DNA from: Felis catus
Lineage: Eukaryota
Length of the DNA stretch: 64,000 nt
Direction of reading: 5' to 3'
NCBI RefSeq assembly: GCF_018350175.1
Contig: NC_058373.1
Span: forward strand, 104,596,001 to 104,660,000
Shown here: piece after piece, positions 62,086 through 64,000 of the stretch
Position numbering within the stretch: the first letter of the stretch is position 1
Layout of the letters: every line of letters starts with the position of its first letter
Translations under genes and position numbers: made by a program
Notes under the pieces: model-generated
Database searches by the model: none
Told to the model about the DNA's origin: nothing
The model's input: only the letters and a program-made list of their open reading frames with translations

Positions 62086-62286
62086 AAATTGGATTATTTG
62101 CTTCCTATTTAGTTGTAGGAGTTCTTTATATATTTTATATATTAACCTTTTATCAGCTATATGGTTTGTGAGTATTTTCTTCCATTGTATAAGTTGCCTT
62201 TTCAATGTATTGGTTGTTTCCTTTGCTGGGCAGAAGCCCTTTAGTTTAATGTAGTCCCACTTGTTTATTTTAGTTTTGGTTGCCTG
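62086..62286 (-). mobile_element. Older LINE-1 (part 2, resumes after the nested insertion)
   Basis: Continues collinearly from 59388: agttgtaggagttctttatatatt...gcagaagccctttagtttaatgtagtcccacttgtttatttt. Confidence 0.9.
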
Positions 62287-64000
62287 AAGAATACATTTTC
62301 TAAAGAGACAATGTTTGAATTTTTCCTAGGATCCAGAAGCTACTGAATTTGGACAAATCAACTTTATAGAGAAACGTGTGCATATCTGTCTCATAATTAA
62401 ATAATATAATTACCATGTTGCATCTAATTTGTATGCCGCTCTGTCTCTTGGAGCCAGAAATCCCACCCAAGCAACCTTAGGGTTTCTATTATAAATGCAC
62501 CTAAGTCTTTGTTTTATTTAACAGACTCACCAGAGAGGACCAGAGAATAAACTCGTCAGAGAGGATAAACTCCCAAAACTCAAGTCAATATCAGAGCATC
62601 AGTCACAGTAACAAGAATGAAGTGTCTGTTATTTTATACCACTTGATAATAGATTATGTAGCTAATGGAAACAGATTTTGCGGAAAAATTGTGATAATCT
62701 ATAAATTAATTATGTTGTGATTTTAAATTTAAAAAAGCACCATACATAATACTATCTGTAGTAGGATCATAGCAGTATTTAAAAAATGTGCACTAGAAAA
62801 CTAGATTTGGAATGTTCTCAAAATTTGTCAACACACTGTCTTTGAGTGATAGAGCATTTGAGTGATGACATTTTTTCTTTCTATTTTTCTGCATTGTCTG
62901 TATTTTCCAAATTGAACACGCATTATTTGAAATATCTTTTGAAAATACGTTTCCTAAATTACAATTTTATTCTTTCAAAATGCAGTTTTCCTTTTAGGTA
63001 TACCCTGCCCAGTCTTCTTCCACATCCTTACCAAAAACTGCAAATTAACACTGAAAGAGAATTTATGTATTTATATCTGATCCTCAAAAGTTTGGCTGAT
63101 TACCAACAGCACAAATGTTTGGTCCCAAAGTTAAAATTTCAGGTGCAATTTTTTTTAAACCTAATGTTAACCAGAACAATGAAATGATATAATCCCTACA
63201 AAAGAGTTGACAGTGTCTTACAACATGATCATTAAAAATAAAGATGCCGTCTCGTTACTGCAAGACCAGGGAAATTTTGACATTACCCAGGACATGAAAA
63301 TATTGTAGCCCCAAAACATGCCAATCATGTCTTCGAATTTGTAATTATTTCAACAGAGTGGATTGGCCTGACTCAAAAGTTATATTTAAAGAAGTTATAA
63401 ATATTATAATCATAAAGTAATAAGTAATTAGCATATTCTTCATCCCAGAGTGCACCAAGGACTTCATTTAGTAGAATATCATGCTCTCTCTCTTCAAAGA
63501 CAAGTAGAAAATAGAAATGAAAAATAATTTTCCTAAGGCCACACAGAGTAAAATATGATTGGACTAGATACCTCCTGATTTATGAATCTCTCCTGAGTAT
63601 GTCATTAGAATCTTGAAAATATATGTTACCACTGGGCTAGGCAGAAGCACTGTTTTTTAATCAAAATTCCCATGTTGCAAAAGTGATTTTATATAAAGCA
63701 ATATTTAGCATTTTCATTTCCAAAGCAAACATTAAAAAAAAAAATAAAACTACTTCCCACTTGACTTTGTGGGAAATCGCTACTAATAACTATTGTTAAA
63801 CAGTTTGCAAAAATATGACATGCTATTTCATTGCCTGATAATAATAAGCTTAGCAGAACAAAGCCTAAATAAATAGCTCTATGCTATTGTTTCTCAGCTT
63901 CAGAAAATTACACATGCTTTTACTAGTTGATAATTTTGTGCACTTAAAATCTAGAAACATTCATTAAAAATTAATAGTCTTGTATCATAAATAATATAAG

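Noticed and set aside
1..64000. CRISPR arrays, operons or other prokaryotic systems; a named host gene
   Set aside because: The window is mammalian repeat-rich DNA with no regularly spaced repeat-spacer array, and no exon translates to a protein I recognise, so no gene symbol is given.

Overview
Repeat-rich mammalian genomic DNA from a felid, most likely domestic cat or a close relative. The assignment rests on ~31 carnivore tRNA-derived Can-SINEs, including near-consensus young felid SINEC_Fc copies. The window looks intronic or intergenic, and I recognise no host protein-coding gene. The long ORFs in the track that I recognise are broken LINE-1 ORF1/ORF2 pieces; many short ones are SINE or microsatellite artefacts. 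Main content: a full-length but dead ~7.3 kb L1 (25613-32901), a nested L1-in-L1 with two SINEs (58.4-62.3 kb), older L1/L2/MIR/MLT1/LTR33/MER fragments and microsatellites. The most notable object is a 1.36 kb insertion at 22130-23487 (minus strand) with the layout of a retroviral RNA rather than a provirus: R-U5-PBS(tRNA-Ile-like)-short internal region-PPT-U3-R-poly(A), flanked by a 17-bp L1-type target-site duplication (TSD). I interpret it as an L1-made processed copy of a compact ERV transcript. Several retrotransposon targeting patterns, a CTCF-like site and a few exon-like unique segments are also reported. Repeat family names are from recall of consensus sequences, not from a database search, and boundaries of old repeats are approximate.
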